64,000 nucleotides of DNA from Emiliania huxleyi CCMP1516. Lineage: Eukaryota. Positions 19,413 to 30,893 of the stretch are shown here, piece after piece. Each line of letters opens with the position of its first letter. The first letter of the stretch is position 1. A program made the translations under genes and the position numbers. The stretch lies in NCBI RefSeq assembly GCF_000372725.1, contig NW_005201338.1:290041-354040 (forward strand). The letters are read 5' to 3'. The notes under the pieces are model-generated. The model was not told the DNA's origin. It searched no databases and worked only from the letters and a program-made list of their open reading frames with translations.

Positions 19413-20609
19413 ACTCACAGCAGACAGGCTCGACACAGGTGCGAACTGGCGCGTGCTAGCACAATCACAGATAGATAGATAGATAGGACGGCGAAACACA
19501 GTCCGACCAACGACTGGGACACCAACGCGGTATGGGTGGACGCAAGACGGGCGATGACGGTCACATACAGGAGCGACACACAGAACCACAAGACAAGACA
19601 CTCAGCCAACGGGGCGGCTGCCACACATCCTGAGCGAACTTCCCTAGTCACCCGCGGCCGGACTCCATCCGGCACGCGTCGCTGGGCGCTCAGAGCCGCG
19701 TCCCCTGCTCGCCACCCCGACGCCCAAGGCGCCCGAGCGAACGACAGGCGGCACGCGAAGACTGATTGCAATCCCGCCGACCGCCAGGCCGCGGGATGAT
19801 GCGTGCGTGGTCTTGTAGTGGGTCTCGGAAGCTCCCCTCTCGGGCTAGGAGCCAGCCCCTCTCCCTTGCCCCCTGAACACCGTGTCCGAGTCGAGGCGTG
19901 TGCTTGCCGGTCGACGGCCGCGCGCGGTTGGCATTGTGACGAAGGTTGCGCGCGGCCGCGGCGCGCCCGCCATGGTTTGGCGCGGCGCGCCTACCAGCGG
20001 CAGTTGTCGAGGCACGGGAACACTTACCCGGGGTCATCCTCTGAGCCTGGTCGTCGGCGCCGCGATGCCACGGCGGCGCATTCGACGTCGTCGGCGCGCT
20101 GCCCCGCGGTGAGCCCCGCCGCTCGTAGCGACGGCCGCAGGTCGGCCCGGTGCAGCGCGCCCTGGCCGCAGACTGAAGAACGGCCACGAGGGGTGTGTGA
20201 TGTGCGGTGCGGGGTGTGAGGGGGCAGCGTCTTTGTGTGTGCGCGCGCGCGCCGCTGCCGCTTGTGGTTTGAACTGCCCGTTGTCCCTGCCCTCTCCTCT
20301 CGGGGATTGAACTGGCCCTGTGCGAGAGAGGAAGATGGGAGGTCGGCCTTGAGAGCTTACGGGTGGTCTCACCGCGCCAGAGGCTCTGCCTCTCCTCTCG
20401 GGGATTCAACTGGGGGATAGGGGCGGGGATCCTCCCTCTTCCCGCCGTCGATGCCGGGGCTCAACCAATCCGGAGAGGTCGTTACCATTCCTCCATACAT
20501 CCTCCCAGCTTCATCGGCGGGCGCCTGGGAGTGTGTCGTCAACTGGCCGGTGGTCTTTCAGTGTGGTGGGGTGGGTTTCGTGACCGTTCAGCGTCGATGA
20601 TCACAGGCA

Positions 20610-20755
20610 CACCACCGGAACCGCCTAAGCGACTCCGCTAAGAACGGCAAACAATGCACTTAGCTCCGTGCACAATGCCGCTCTCCCCGCACGCTAGCTA
20701 GCTCGTTCACCGTCTGCCACACGCCACGGCGACATGGAGAACGACAGACAAGCGG
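20610..20755 (+). repeat. Dispersed LINE-like remnant
   Basis: Aligns by eye with 52605-52740 and partly with 6038-6125. Confidence 0.65.
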
Positions 20756-22582
20756 TAAGAATTGTGCGACAAAAAAGCTCAATACGCACAGCACTGATAT
20801 TGGCACTGATGCATAAGCAGGGATTTTTAAGAATACCTCTTAGCCCAATGCGCAATCCCTCTCTCACACGAATGGGGGTTTTATAAGCTAGGTTTTTCGC
20901 TGTCTGTGAGCTAGGTTACTGTGGGTCTCACTGATAAATCGGGTCGTTTGGCCGCACTCAGAGACGCCGGCAACGTATGTGACACCCGCGTGTGAGGACC
21001 TCCTCGCTCGTTGGCGCCTCGCCGCCGCCCCCCCTCTCGCCGCCGCTCCGCTCGTGGCCGCCCCATCCCCTGTCAATTCCGCCGCCTCCCCTGTCAATCC
21101 CCCGCACCACCGCCGCCACCGCCTCGCGCGTTTAGCGGGGGGTCAAAACTTAAAAGGAGGACAGCCTATACAAAGAAAAGAAACGCAAGGTCGAAGGTGC
21201 CACCTTATCAACCACAACGCAAAAGGCCCGCGCGTGCTGCGCGGGCCCGGCGAGCGACTAGCGAGCCAGCCTGCTAGTACTATGTATAGTTAGTACGGAC
21301 GGATCCGAAGGGGTCGCACGCGGGAGGGAGCGGGCGTGCGTCCGTCCGAGCGAGCGAGCGAGGGAGGGAGGGGCTTGCTTGTCAAAACACCGTCCAATTC
21401 TCGAACACACTATAGTTAGTACGGATTCGAGGGAGGGGCCGCAAGATGCGCCTGCCTCCGACAGCCGACCGACTGATGACTGTCGACGGACCAGATCTAT
21501 CTAGCTAGGGCTTCGCCAAGGGCATCGAGCGGATCGCCCGGCGGTGCAATCTGACGGTGTAGGGCCTAGCGCGGTCCTCTCGGTGCCGACGAGGAGCAGG
21601 GCGCAAGTGTACGTATGTGGCCTCTGCGTGCTAGCCATCTCTTCGCCCACACCTCACCATCTCGCAAAACCAGGTCCAACGGATGGGCGACGCACAAGGC
21701 ACAACCTCGATCCTCGTGATAGATGTCCCTCTTCGTTCGACGTCGGCGGCGGTGGCGGGATGAATGGAGTGAAGAAGAAGAATAAAAGATGAGGGCCGAG
21801 CTTGTATGGTCGGGAGGGAGTCGCATGCAGGGGCCAGTAGTGGCCCTGGCCGGGGCACAGTTGTGGTAGGACGTGTGGAAGGACCCTTGTCGTTGTGGCT
21901 TGGAGTCGCCAAAGGAACTTTCAAACGTGTGGGTGCCTTGGGAGGAGGCTTGGCCTCGGGTCGCTTCCATTGCCTGGCGCGTTACGAAATATGCAGTCCA
22001 GTGCAGACGCCATGGCACATGGGAAGGCGAGAGACACGTGTGGGGGAAGAAACCCCGATTGTCGGAATCCAGAGAGCAGAGTGAGAGATCCTCTGACTCG
22101 TGCGTCGTGGTGCTGGCGGTACGTCAGTGATACGTAGTGAGCCCTTCATACCGTATAATAACACGTAGAAGATCGTTCGAGACTTAATCAATTTCAGGTC
22201 GCTTTTACGGCTTCGTAAATCGTACTGTGCAAGAAAACCGCGCGCCCCCCGCGCGCATCACACTGCACGCACCGCCCGCGGCCGCGAGCAGAAAGACAGA
22301 TTTTCTGTTCGATCTCTGTCCTGGTGTTGTGGTGACGCCAAGACCCGTGTGCCGTCAAACTCCAAAAGGCCAAAACACAGGCGAGGGCAGTTCAACGGCT
22401 CGGCTCGGCGTTGCTTGCGCGCCTCTCAGTCACCGGCACAGTGCCGGTCCCGTGACCCGTCGCTCGGCTCGCGCGACGCGCCCCACGACGTTCCGCCGTA
22501 CGCGCTCGCGAGTCGATACATGTGTCCAATTTTGGACCGGTGGGCGCCCTCGGCCCCAGCGCTGATCTCTGGTAGGGTGTCT

Positions 22583-23261
22583 TCACTCCATCTGACGCAG
22601 CGTCGTCCACTCTTGCGCAATCTCATCGAGCGCCGTCCACTTGCAGTACGGCGCATCCGGCGCGCTCAGGTTCTGCGTCTCGCCGCGGTTGACGAGTCGG
22701 AGGACCTCGCCGGTCAGGCGATTGACATTCTCGAGCTTCTTCACCAATTCGAGCTGCAGGCCTGTGTGCTCCGAGTCCGTCTCATCAAACAGGGCGCGCC
22801 TTTTCTTGTCAAACGAGAGAGCATTGCCGTAGAGCTGTTTCACGTACGCCAGCCGGTCCTGCTCCACGCGTTCCTCGAATCCCTTGCACTCAGCCTCGAG
22901 CTCCGCGGTTTTCGCAGCCGCCTCCTGGGTCTGCTCTTTCAGGGCCTCGAGCACCAGCTGCTGCTCCTTCTCCGACCGTTTGTCAGCGGCGTGGAAGTGC
23001 GAGATCTGGGCCTCGATCTCCCTCCTTTCTGCGGCGGAGGGGCCTCTGGCGGTCAGTGCAGTGGCGTCAGATGCGCGGCGCCGGCCCACGCGTGCACGCG
23101 CCGTTCTCGAGCTGCCGGATGCGCCCGCCTGCGTCGTCGACGCGGCGGTGGGCGTGCTGCATGCGCTGCTGCTGCTCTTGGATCGCATGCTCGACTTGGC
23201 GGCTCATGTTTCCGAAGGACTCCAGCCGAAACGGCGACGGGGGGTCCATCTCCTGGATCAT
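22583..23261 (-). CDS. Hypothetical coiled-coil protein, 2 exons
   Basis: Exon 23261-23102, GC-AG intron 23101-23029 with CTGAC branch-like motif, exon 23028-22583; joins in frame as ...QLEN|ERREIEAQ. Confidence 0.65.
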
Positions 23262-23854
23262 TTCTGGCTGTTGCTTGCGAGGGAGGGAGGGCTCGAGGCG
23301 AGTGGTGAGCCGGGCGAGGCCAGCGAAAGAGAAATTTACAAAAACTCCGTCGACAACACTGCTCGTGCAGCGCGGCCGCTCGCCAAGCCCCGTCGATGAG
23401 TGGTCAGATGGTTAGTGCCCGAGAGCGAGGGGTCCGGGGGGGAGCACAAATAGGACGCCCAGCCCTGCCCTCGTGCCGCCGAGTGCATATCCTATGCGAG
23501 AGAGATCCCCTGTGCCCTGTGCCCAGCCCTCTCCGCGCGGCGATGCGCCCTCCCCCCTCGCTTTTGCAAAATCCTGGTAAGGTGGGGACGTGTCTGTCCT
23601 CGACCCAGCCCTAGCTTGGGATGTCCGTTGTATTTATTTATTTATTTATTTATGCTCGTGCAGGTGGGGACCCTGTCCTCGTCCCATCCCTCGTTTGGCG
23701 TGTGTGTTTTCTTTCTTTCTTTCTTTACACTGGGCACGGGACTGGCGCGCACTGGCACTAACACAGGTACACCGCGAAAGAGAATTTTACAACGGAACTC
23801 TCTCGGCACACGCATTATTCACACAACAGGCAAAGCGCGGAAGAGAAAGCGGAG

Positions 23855-24063
23855 ACGCAACAACCTCCTCCTTCGTCGTCCACCACACGCAGCAGATCTC
23901 CATGGCGGCGGTGGCGGGCGACGCCGACAACATCAACAAGCAGGCGCGCAATGAGCGTAAAGACTGGCTCAACTCCCCAGCGCGCGCCAATTGGGTCAAG
24001 AACAAGCAAGTGGCAAACGGCTTCTTACGCTCGGCCCCAGTGGGGGGCGCCCGCGCCGCCTAG
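23855..24063 (+). mobile_element. 3' fragment of a CRE-like non-LTR retrotransposon
   Basis: SSFVVHHTQQISMAAVAGDADNINKQAR; homologous to 27933-28290(-). Confidence 0.6.
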
Positions 24064-24455
24064 CTCTGCGGACGCCCCCCCCGCACCCTTCATTCATGTA
24101 ATCATGTAGTCCCCACAATCGCTGACGTGGGATCGCTTGTCATGTGAGAGACTGCGTTGTGTTCTTGTTTGCTATCCGCTTTCTCTTTCTTTCTGAGATT
24201 TTGGGGAAGGGCACAAGGGCCGCGGCCAAGGATATCCACTTCGACCACCGAAGCCGAGGAGGACACCCACCAAATTGTGAGACATACTGAGAGAGGCTCG
24301 TCCCGCCACGCCTCTTGAGTTTGCGCGGCCCAGGCCCGTGCCACGCGCCTCACGCAGCGGACACAGCACGCCGGCCGCCCACGGCGCTACAGCACCTAGG
24401 TGTCGCCACGCCACCATAGCACCACTCCTCACGCCGCTCGCTTCGTTCCGCAGAC

Positions 24456-26799
24456 ATGTCGTACGCCAAGCTTTCCATCGCCCTTTTGCTGGCATCCGCC
24501 GGCACTGTCCAAGCCCACGGCTTCCTCACTTCTCCGAATCGGCGCAACGGCGAGTACGGGGTCACGAACCCCGGCAGAGGTGATTGCGGCAAATCCCTGA
24601 GCAACCACATGAACAACAACGGCTGCCAAGGCGGCTCTGCGTTCGTGTGCTTCACGGAGTGTGCGAGTTGGGGGGAGCTCGACAGCGAGGATTGCAAGGA
24701 GTGCGTGAGAGAGATCACTGAGGCGACACAGCCAATCAAGCTGGGAATTATGACGGAACCAATCAACCCGCTTCCCCGCGTCGGCGTTTGCGGCGAGGCG
24801 TGGCTTAGTGACAAGTTCCAAAACTGGTGGTCCACCAGCGTGAACGAAGACAACGGCGAGCATTGGGAGATTACCAACATGCCCAAGGTCGGTGGTGGAA
24901 ACATGATCGACTTGAAGATGCAAATCACGGCCTACCACCATGGGTGGTCCGAATTCCGCCTCTGTGAGTCTGATGGAGGGGCGGTGACGCAAGAGTGCTT
25001 CAACGAACATGTTCTCGAGATTGACCCCGTCCACGCCACGGAAACCTACGCCGGCAAGATGTCTAAACCCCCAGGGGATGGCGCGCGGCTGCCGACGGAC
25101 CCGACCGACTACACGGCACTCTCGCCGCACACGCGTTGCGACGGGCCAACACAGGGCAAGAATGGCAATCTGATCTGGACGAAGTACCCGGAGGTGTTGG
25201 CCCCGGCGGGTGCTTGCTGCAATGATGGCGGGACCTGCTCGGACCCTGCGAGCAACACTGACCGCTGGGTTCTCCCCGCGATTAACGCCTCCATTCCCGT
25301 TGAGGGGCCCGGCACCGTCGTCCATAGCATGAACGGTCCGATTGAGATGAATGGCGTGTACACTGTGCGCCTCAAGATCCCCTCCACCGTGGATTGTGAG
25401 ACCAAGACGTGCACGGTGCAGTGGCTGTACATGACCGGCAACACCGTCGACGGTTACCCCGAGACCTTCAAGAACTGCGCGGACTTCCGAGTGATCGAGG
25501 CAAGCGACACGCCGTCGCCATCACCGTCGCCTTCGCCGCAGCCTTCGCCGTCTGCACCGTCGCCCTCGCCCTCACCAGACGTGTCGCCCTCCCCGTCGCC
25601 ATCACCGTCGCCTGACGTCTCGCCCTTGCCCTCGCCGCCACCTTCGGCGTCCCCCACGCCACCTCCGCCACGCTCCCCGGGCGGCGGCGGCCAGTCTTGC
25701 GGCGAGTGCGATTGCTCGCAGTGCGTGCCGACTCCTGCCTACTCGGCCCCGGAGTGGGGCTACGACATCTTCTGCGCAAATGCCAACTACGAGGCTTGCG
25801 CGGCTGGCGGGGCGTACTCTGACCGCTGCACGTGCGCGTCGGTCGACATGTTCCAGAACATGTTCCCAGACGCCTCGAGCCTGGACACCCTCACCAGCAC
25901 GCCGTCGGCTCTGGTCTCGTGTCCCGAGTGCGTCACCAACGCGCAGGGGTCAAAGTCTTGCGCGCCGTGCTACGTCGCCAAAAAGTGGAAGGAGTTTGCC
26001 GGCGGACGCTTCGCGGCCGACTGCGTCAACGCCATGTCCGTCGCCCTTGGTGAGGGCATCATGCCGGCCAGTCCGACCATGTACATCACTGACTTCTGTT
26101 GTGGACCCGACGGGATGAACTGCCAGAGCTGCTGGGCAGGGCCCGGGGGCGGGCCGCCGCTCTCGCTCGAGGAGTTCCTCGTGCGCACCGACGTCTTCGA
26201 CCTTGACCAGTCGCCGTACGACGGGCAGGACACGCTGGGTCCGTGGCAAACGCTGACGGCGGTGGTGAAGGCTGAAGATCTCGACGTCCGCATCTCCGAG
26301 GCGGTCGGGTATGTCGAGTCGTGCTGCATGTCGGGTGTCGTCACCGTTCAGCCCCCGCCCAACTCCGAGGCGCGCTGGTGCGGAGTCGCCCCGTACCCCG
26401 CGGGCAACTGCCCCAACGAGGAGGGCGGCGTGTGCCCGAGCAACCCCAACCAGCCGCCGGGAGCATTCCCCATCTCGACCATCCAGGTGCGACGCTAGTC
26501 CATCCCGCCCGACGCCGCACCCGCATCTCCACAACGATCAAGCGGCCCATCACATCAGCATCACACCCCGTGCCGCGCCCGTGCGTCCACAGGCATCGGC
26601 GGTCGACCCCCCCCTCACTTGGTGCGGTTGCGTCACGGCGGGCGGTGCGACCACGGGCTACAGTGGCCGCTGCTCCCAAGGCCGCGACGACTTTTACACC
26701 CAGTACGAGGCCCTTGCGACGGCAATCTGCGACGCCGTGGACGCCGAGGCGCCTGCGAAGGCAAAGGTGGCGCGGGGCGCTCTCCTCTTTGGCGCCTGA
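24456..26799 (+). CDS. Secreted lytic polysaccharide monooxygenase (AA15/AA10-like) with SP linker and Cys-rich/SLT-like C-terminus
   Basis: Signal peptide ...TVQA then His1 (HGFLTSP); ITAYHHGWSEFRLC; CTVQWLYMTGN...ETFKNCAD; predicted phase-0 GT-AG intron 26487-26592 extends the CDS to 26799. Confidence 0.85.
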
Positions 26800-26909
26800 G
26801 GATTAGAGGCAGCGCCTGTCGCACATGTAGCAGCCCTGCTTGTGCTCAGCTGCTCACCACTGTAGATTACCATGTCGAATAGATTACTGTCGAATGACCG
26901 CGCGAAGAG

Positions 26910-26990
26910 AGCTGTTTGTTGTTTAGAAGAAGCGTGTCTTTTTGTTGTTTAGAAGTGTTTGTTGTTAGAAGTGTTTGTTGTTTAGAAGTG
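26910..26990. repeat. AT-rich tandem repeat (tgtttgttgtttagaag)-like, ~4 copies
   Basis: Directly visible. Confidence 0.7.
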
Positions 26991-27932
26991 TGCCGCGGGT
27001 TTTTGGGGAGTGGGTCTGGTGGGGGCTGGGGGTCAGAGCTCAGACTCGCACTCGGTGTAGCTTTTTTTTTGAAATTTGGGCATGTAAGGATCAAGCCTCA
27101 CAGTTTGCTTTGCGCATTAGGCATTGCGGGCCCGGGGACACCCGCCGGACTGGGGTCTTTCCCCTAAGCTATAGTCTCCCCTCTCGCAACACCACTTGGT
27201 GGATCTCTCTAGCGTTTTGGCTCACCTTTGATCCCGCCCCGGACCTGTTCGGCCCACTCCCTCCACGAACGGCTGGCGTGTACATCTTGAAACCACCTCG
27301 GGGCCCCGCCCCGCCGGCCAGCGGGCGAGACGCGTCTGCATCCTCTGGCACCGGAGAGACCGATCGAGAGCGGCCTCCCACTAGATGTTCCGACTCGCTC
27401 TCCTCCACCTCGCTCGCGCTCAGCTTGGGGAGGCCGGCGCGCCTAATGGGGTGGGGGGGTGGGGGGGTGGGTGGGGGTGGGGGGGGTGTCCTTCGCAGGA
27501 AGTGCCGCGGCGCCTCGCTCCATCGCATGGATGCCATGCATGCACCTCGGCTGTTCTCGGCTGCTCTGTCTAGAGTAGCCTCTGCTGTCTCTGCTCTCCT
27601 CTCGGCTAGTCTCGACGCCTCGCGGCGGTCCACTGGCTGTGCTTTGGGATTGCCCGCCCGCCCACGAACGGCCTCCGGGATTCAAACAAAAAATAGCCAA
27701 GGCCCTCTCGCAACCCCTCCGACCCCCTGGGACCCGTGGGCGTCGAAGAGGCGCTCTCGGGGGGCCGTTCTGAGTTCATACTACCTCGAAGTACAATATA
27801 CTGCGTCAAAGCACCGGCCCTGAGTCCGCGCTTGCTTGTTGAGCACTTGAGCACTGGATAGGGTCGACTCCGCATGGTACGGGACCCCTCGATCGTCTCG
27901 CCCTCCCTCACTGGTGTGTTCATTGGGGGGGG

Positions 27933-28290
27933 TCATACTTGCTTGTTCTTTTGCTTGTTGATCCAGTCGGTACGCTCCTTGCGCGCCTGCTTGTTGATGT
28001 TGTCGGCGTCGCCCGCCACCGCCGCCTTGGAGATCTGCTGCGTGTGGTGGACGACGAGGAGGAGGCGCTCGCCGACGCCGCCCCGTACACCGTCCGGTCC
28101 GTGTTGGTGCCCGCCGCCTCCTTGGCGAACACGTGGAGGAACTGCTTGGTGGGCGGCGCAATGCCTCCCAAAGTTTCCACTAGCACCAGCCGCGTTATGG
28201 CTTTCTTGACCCAATTTGGTATCGTAGTAATTCGTCACGAGCCCGTATCCGTCTTGACCAACCCCTTTCCCTACGCGTGCGAAAGAAATA
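27933..28290 (-). mobile_element. CRE-like non-LTR retrotransposon restriction-like endonuclease C-terminus, frameshifted
   Basis: LVETLGG...FLHVFAKEA...DRTVYG...HHTQQISKAAVAGDA resembles the RLE tail pattern VET.GG...LA...QR.S.A...G.A. Confidence 0.6.
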
Positions 28291-28394
28291 GCTGCGAACC
28301 CGTCCGGCACGAAAATCTTCTTTTTCGCACGACACCGGGGTGTCGCTGGTAAAATTCTTTTTCGGTCCTGCTCGACCGCGGCTCGGCGGTTCGG

Positions 28395-29060
28395 ATGCGC
28401 GCTCGCACTCGGCAATCCTGGAGACGGCGCTCGTCGCAGCGCCGCTGCAGCGCCGCGCCCGCTGCCGCCGTCCAACTCGAGCCTCGCCGCCGCTGGATGG
28501 TCGTCCGCGACTTCATCTCCGAGGCGGAGCGGCTTGCGCTCCTCAAGAAGGCCAACACGCACCTGCAGCGAGGCGAGCTGCATCCAAACGCGTGCGGTCC
28601 CTGCCGCTACTACGCCAAGGCCGACGACGCGCCCGCACTCTACGTCGACGCGCTCCTCAAGGCGCTCACGCGCCGGGCTGAGCGTTGCCTCTGGCTTGAA
28701 GGCGTGCCTCCCGACCAGATCCTTGGCCGCGTCATCTCTCTCATCCAGCCGGGAGGCTTCATCCACCGGCACACCGACGCGTACGACCATGGCGTGCCGG
28801 GCAGCCGGCCGGAGCGACACCACCTCCGCTGCAATATTGTCGTGTCGCTGCAGCACCCCTCCGGCCGGCCCGTCATTGAGGGGGAGGCGCTCGAGGTGGG
28901 CGAGCGCGACATGTGGGTCTTCACCGCGTCGAGGCACATGCACCAAACGGCGCCGCTGCAGGGCGGAGACGCGCGCGTGGTCTACGGCTTCGGCTGGAGC
29001 GTGCCGAGCGACCACGCGCTGCGGCAGCCGCCCGAGCGCGCCGTGTGGGCCGAAGACTAG
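28395..29060 (+). CDS. 2OG-Fe(II) oxygenase superfamily protein
   Basis: VVRDFISEAE; IQPGGFIHRHTD (HxD); RHMHQT (distal His); ARVVYGFGW (Arg). Confidence 0.8.
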   Translation: MRARTRQSWRRRSSQRRCSAAPAAAVQLEPRRRWMVVRDFISEAERLALLKKANTHLQRGELHPNACGPCRYYAKADDAPALYVDALLKALTRRAERCLWLEGVPPDQILGRVISLIQPGGFIHRHTDAYDHGVPGSRPERHHLRCNIVVSLQHPSGRPVIEGEALEVGERDMWVFTASRHMHQTAPLQGGDARVVYGFGWSVPSDHALRQPPERAVWAED

Positions 29061-29238
29061 CACTACGAGGTGAGCAGGACCTCGACAGTTATAAGGTAAG
29101 GTAAGGTAAGGTAAACTTCTCCACACACACGAGGTGGTGGGGCAAGGGGGGGCAACCCTCGCATCTCCACGTATGACGACAGGAGCCCCACGGCATTCAA
29201 ATAAGTGCAAGGGGCGCCCACAGTGCGCGTGGGTGAGC

Positions 29239-29349
<111 letters not shown>

Positions 29350-29535
29350 ACAGTTATCAGTTTTCAGTAGTGGGACAAAAACATACACGCACATGACGAA
29401 ACGGCATCGATCACCTTGGTCCTTGACCGTTCACACCTCAAACAGGAAGCCGACCGGCGCACGCGGAGCTACGTAGCGACCCACCGCGAGACTTCTTGGT
29501 GCGCGAAACACTGGCGACGAACGCCTCCTCGCTCT

Positions 29536-29561
29536 CTAGCCACCGCCACCGCCATCGCCGC

Positions 29562-29593
<32 letters not shown>

Positions 29594-30393
29594 CCGCCCG
29601 GCATGGCGACCGCGGCCTTCAGCTTCTTGAGCGGCATCGGCTGGATCCACAGCCGTCCCGGGCCCGTCATCTCATTCAGGAAGAGGCCCTCGCCGCCGCA
29701 GCAGCACATGAGCAGGCCACCCGCGCGGCGGACTGACAGGTTGACCGAGGGCTCCCAGGCTAGGAGCGAGGAGGTGTCGATCACGTAGACCTCTCCTGGC
29801 GCGAGGCTCTTCTCAACGATCGCGCCGCCGCCGCAGAGGAAGGCCACGCCGTCGCCCGTCATGACATTGTAGAAAAGACCCTGCCCGCCGCAGCAAGCGG
29901 CGCCGACGGTGTCCGCGCGCTTGATGGAGAACTCGGTGGTGGTCGCGACAGAGGCGAACCACGCGCTCGCACTGAGGTGCAGCCCGTTGTAGTTGGACAT
30001 GTCAAACGGGACAACCTTGGCTGGCCACGAGGGCGACGCTGCCATCGGGACGTCCTGGAACGTCTTGTTCTCAAACATCAGGCGAAACAACGAGCCGCCC
30101 GCGCAGCAGGCCCGCATGCACGCCTGGCCAAAGCCGCCGTCCGTGCCAATCTCGGGCATCAGTGACGCGTGCATGTGCACCATCTTGCCAGGTTCCATGC
30201 GCATCACCTGCCCCGGCCGCAGCATCACCTCCACCGACTGCGCCTCGTCGCCGAGGATCTGGTAGGTGACTCCGTTCTCGCTCACGGCAGTCTTTGGCTT
30301 GGTCGTGTAGACTAGACCCGAGAGGAGCGGGGTCCCGACCACGGGCTCGGCCGCATCGTCGGAGGGCAAGAGGGGCATCGCGGACAGGGCCAT
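29536..30393 (-). CDS. AIM24/DUF124 family protein
   Basis: YQILGDEAQSVEVMLRPGQ.MRMEPG.M, GGQGLF, GGEGLFLNEMTGPGRLWIQ; poly-Gly tail. Confidence 0.85.
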
Positions 30394-30893
30394 GTCGCCG
30401 AGGAACTGTGAGGCGGGGTGTCTTTTCTGGCCGCGTCAGAAAACCGCGCGGATTTCTCTCTATTTCTTTCTACTTTCTAAGCGACCAGCGTAACGGGAGC
30501 CGCCAGCGACCAGCACAAAGAAACGATATTAGCGGCGCCGCGGCTGCTCACTCTGTTTGTCCCTGGGGGGGTCGACGAGCCCCCCCCCCGGGGGGATCAG
30601 AAGTGATAAATTGATGCACTTGATGCAAGCAAGGAAGGAGCAAGGGTGCCATTGTGCGCTACTACCTACAAAAAAAGTTGTTTGTGTGTCTAAGTTGCCC
30701 AACAGCCCAAGTCAGACACTGAAGCCTCTGTTAGCGGAGCTAGATCTGACGGTGGTCGGTGGTGAACACGGCTCTCATTCGCTCCTCCGCGCCCGTCACC
30801 GCTCACGTAGCGCTCCACGTGCCGTCCCGGCCGCCCGCGCTTACTCGTAAAGAGACATCGTTTCATCCGACGTTTCGGGCACCACGCGGCTGC

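Noticed and set aside
5970..22300. Endogenous virus or Polinton around the giant gene
   Set aside because: No capsid, packaging ATPase, polymerase or integrase motifs, and no bounding TIRs found
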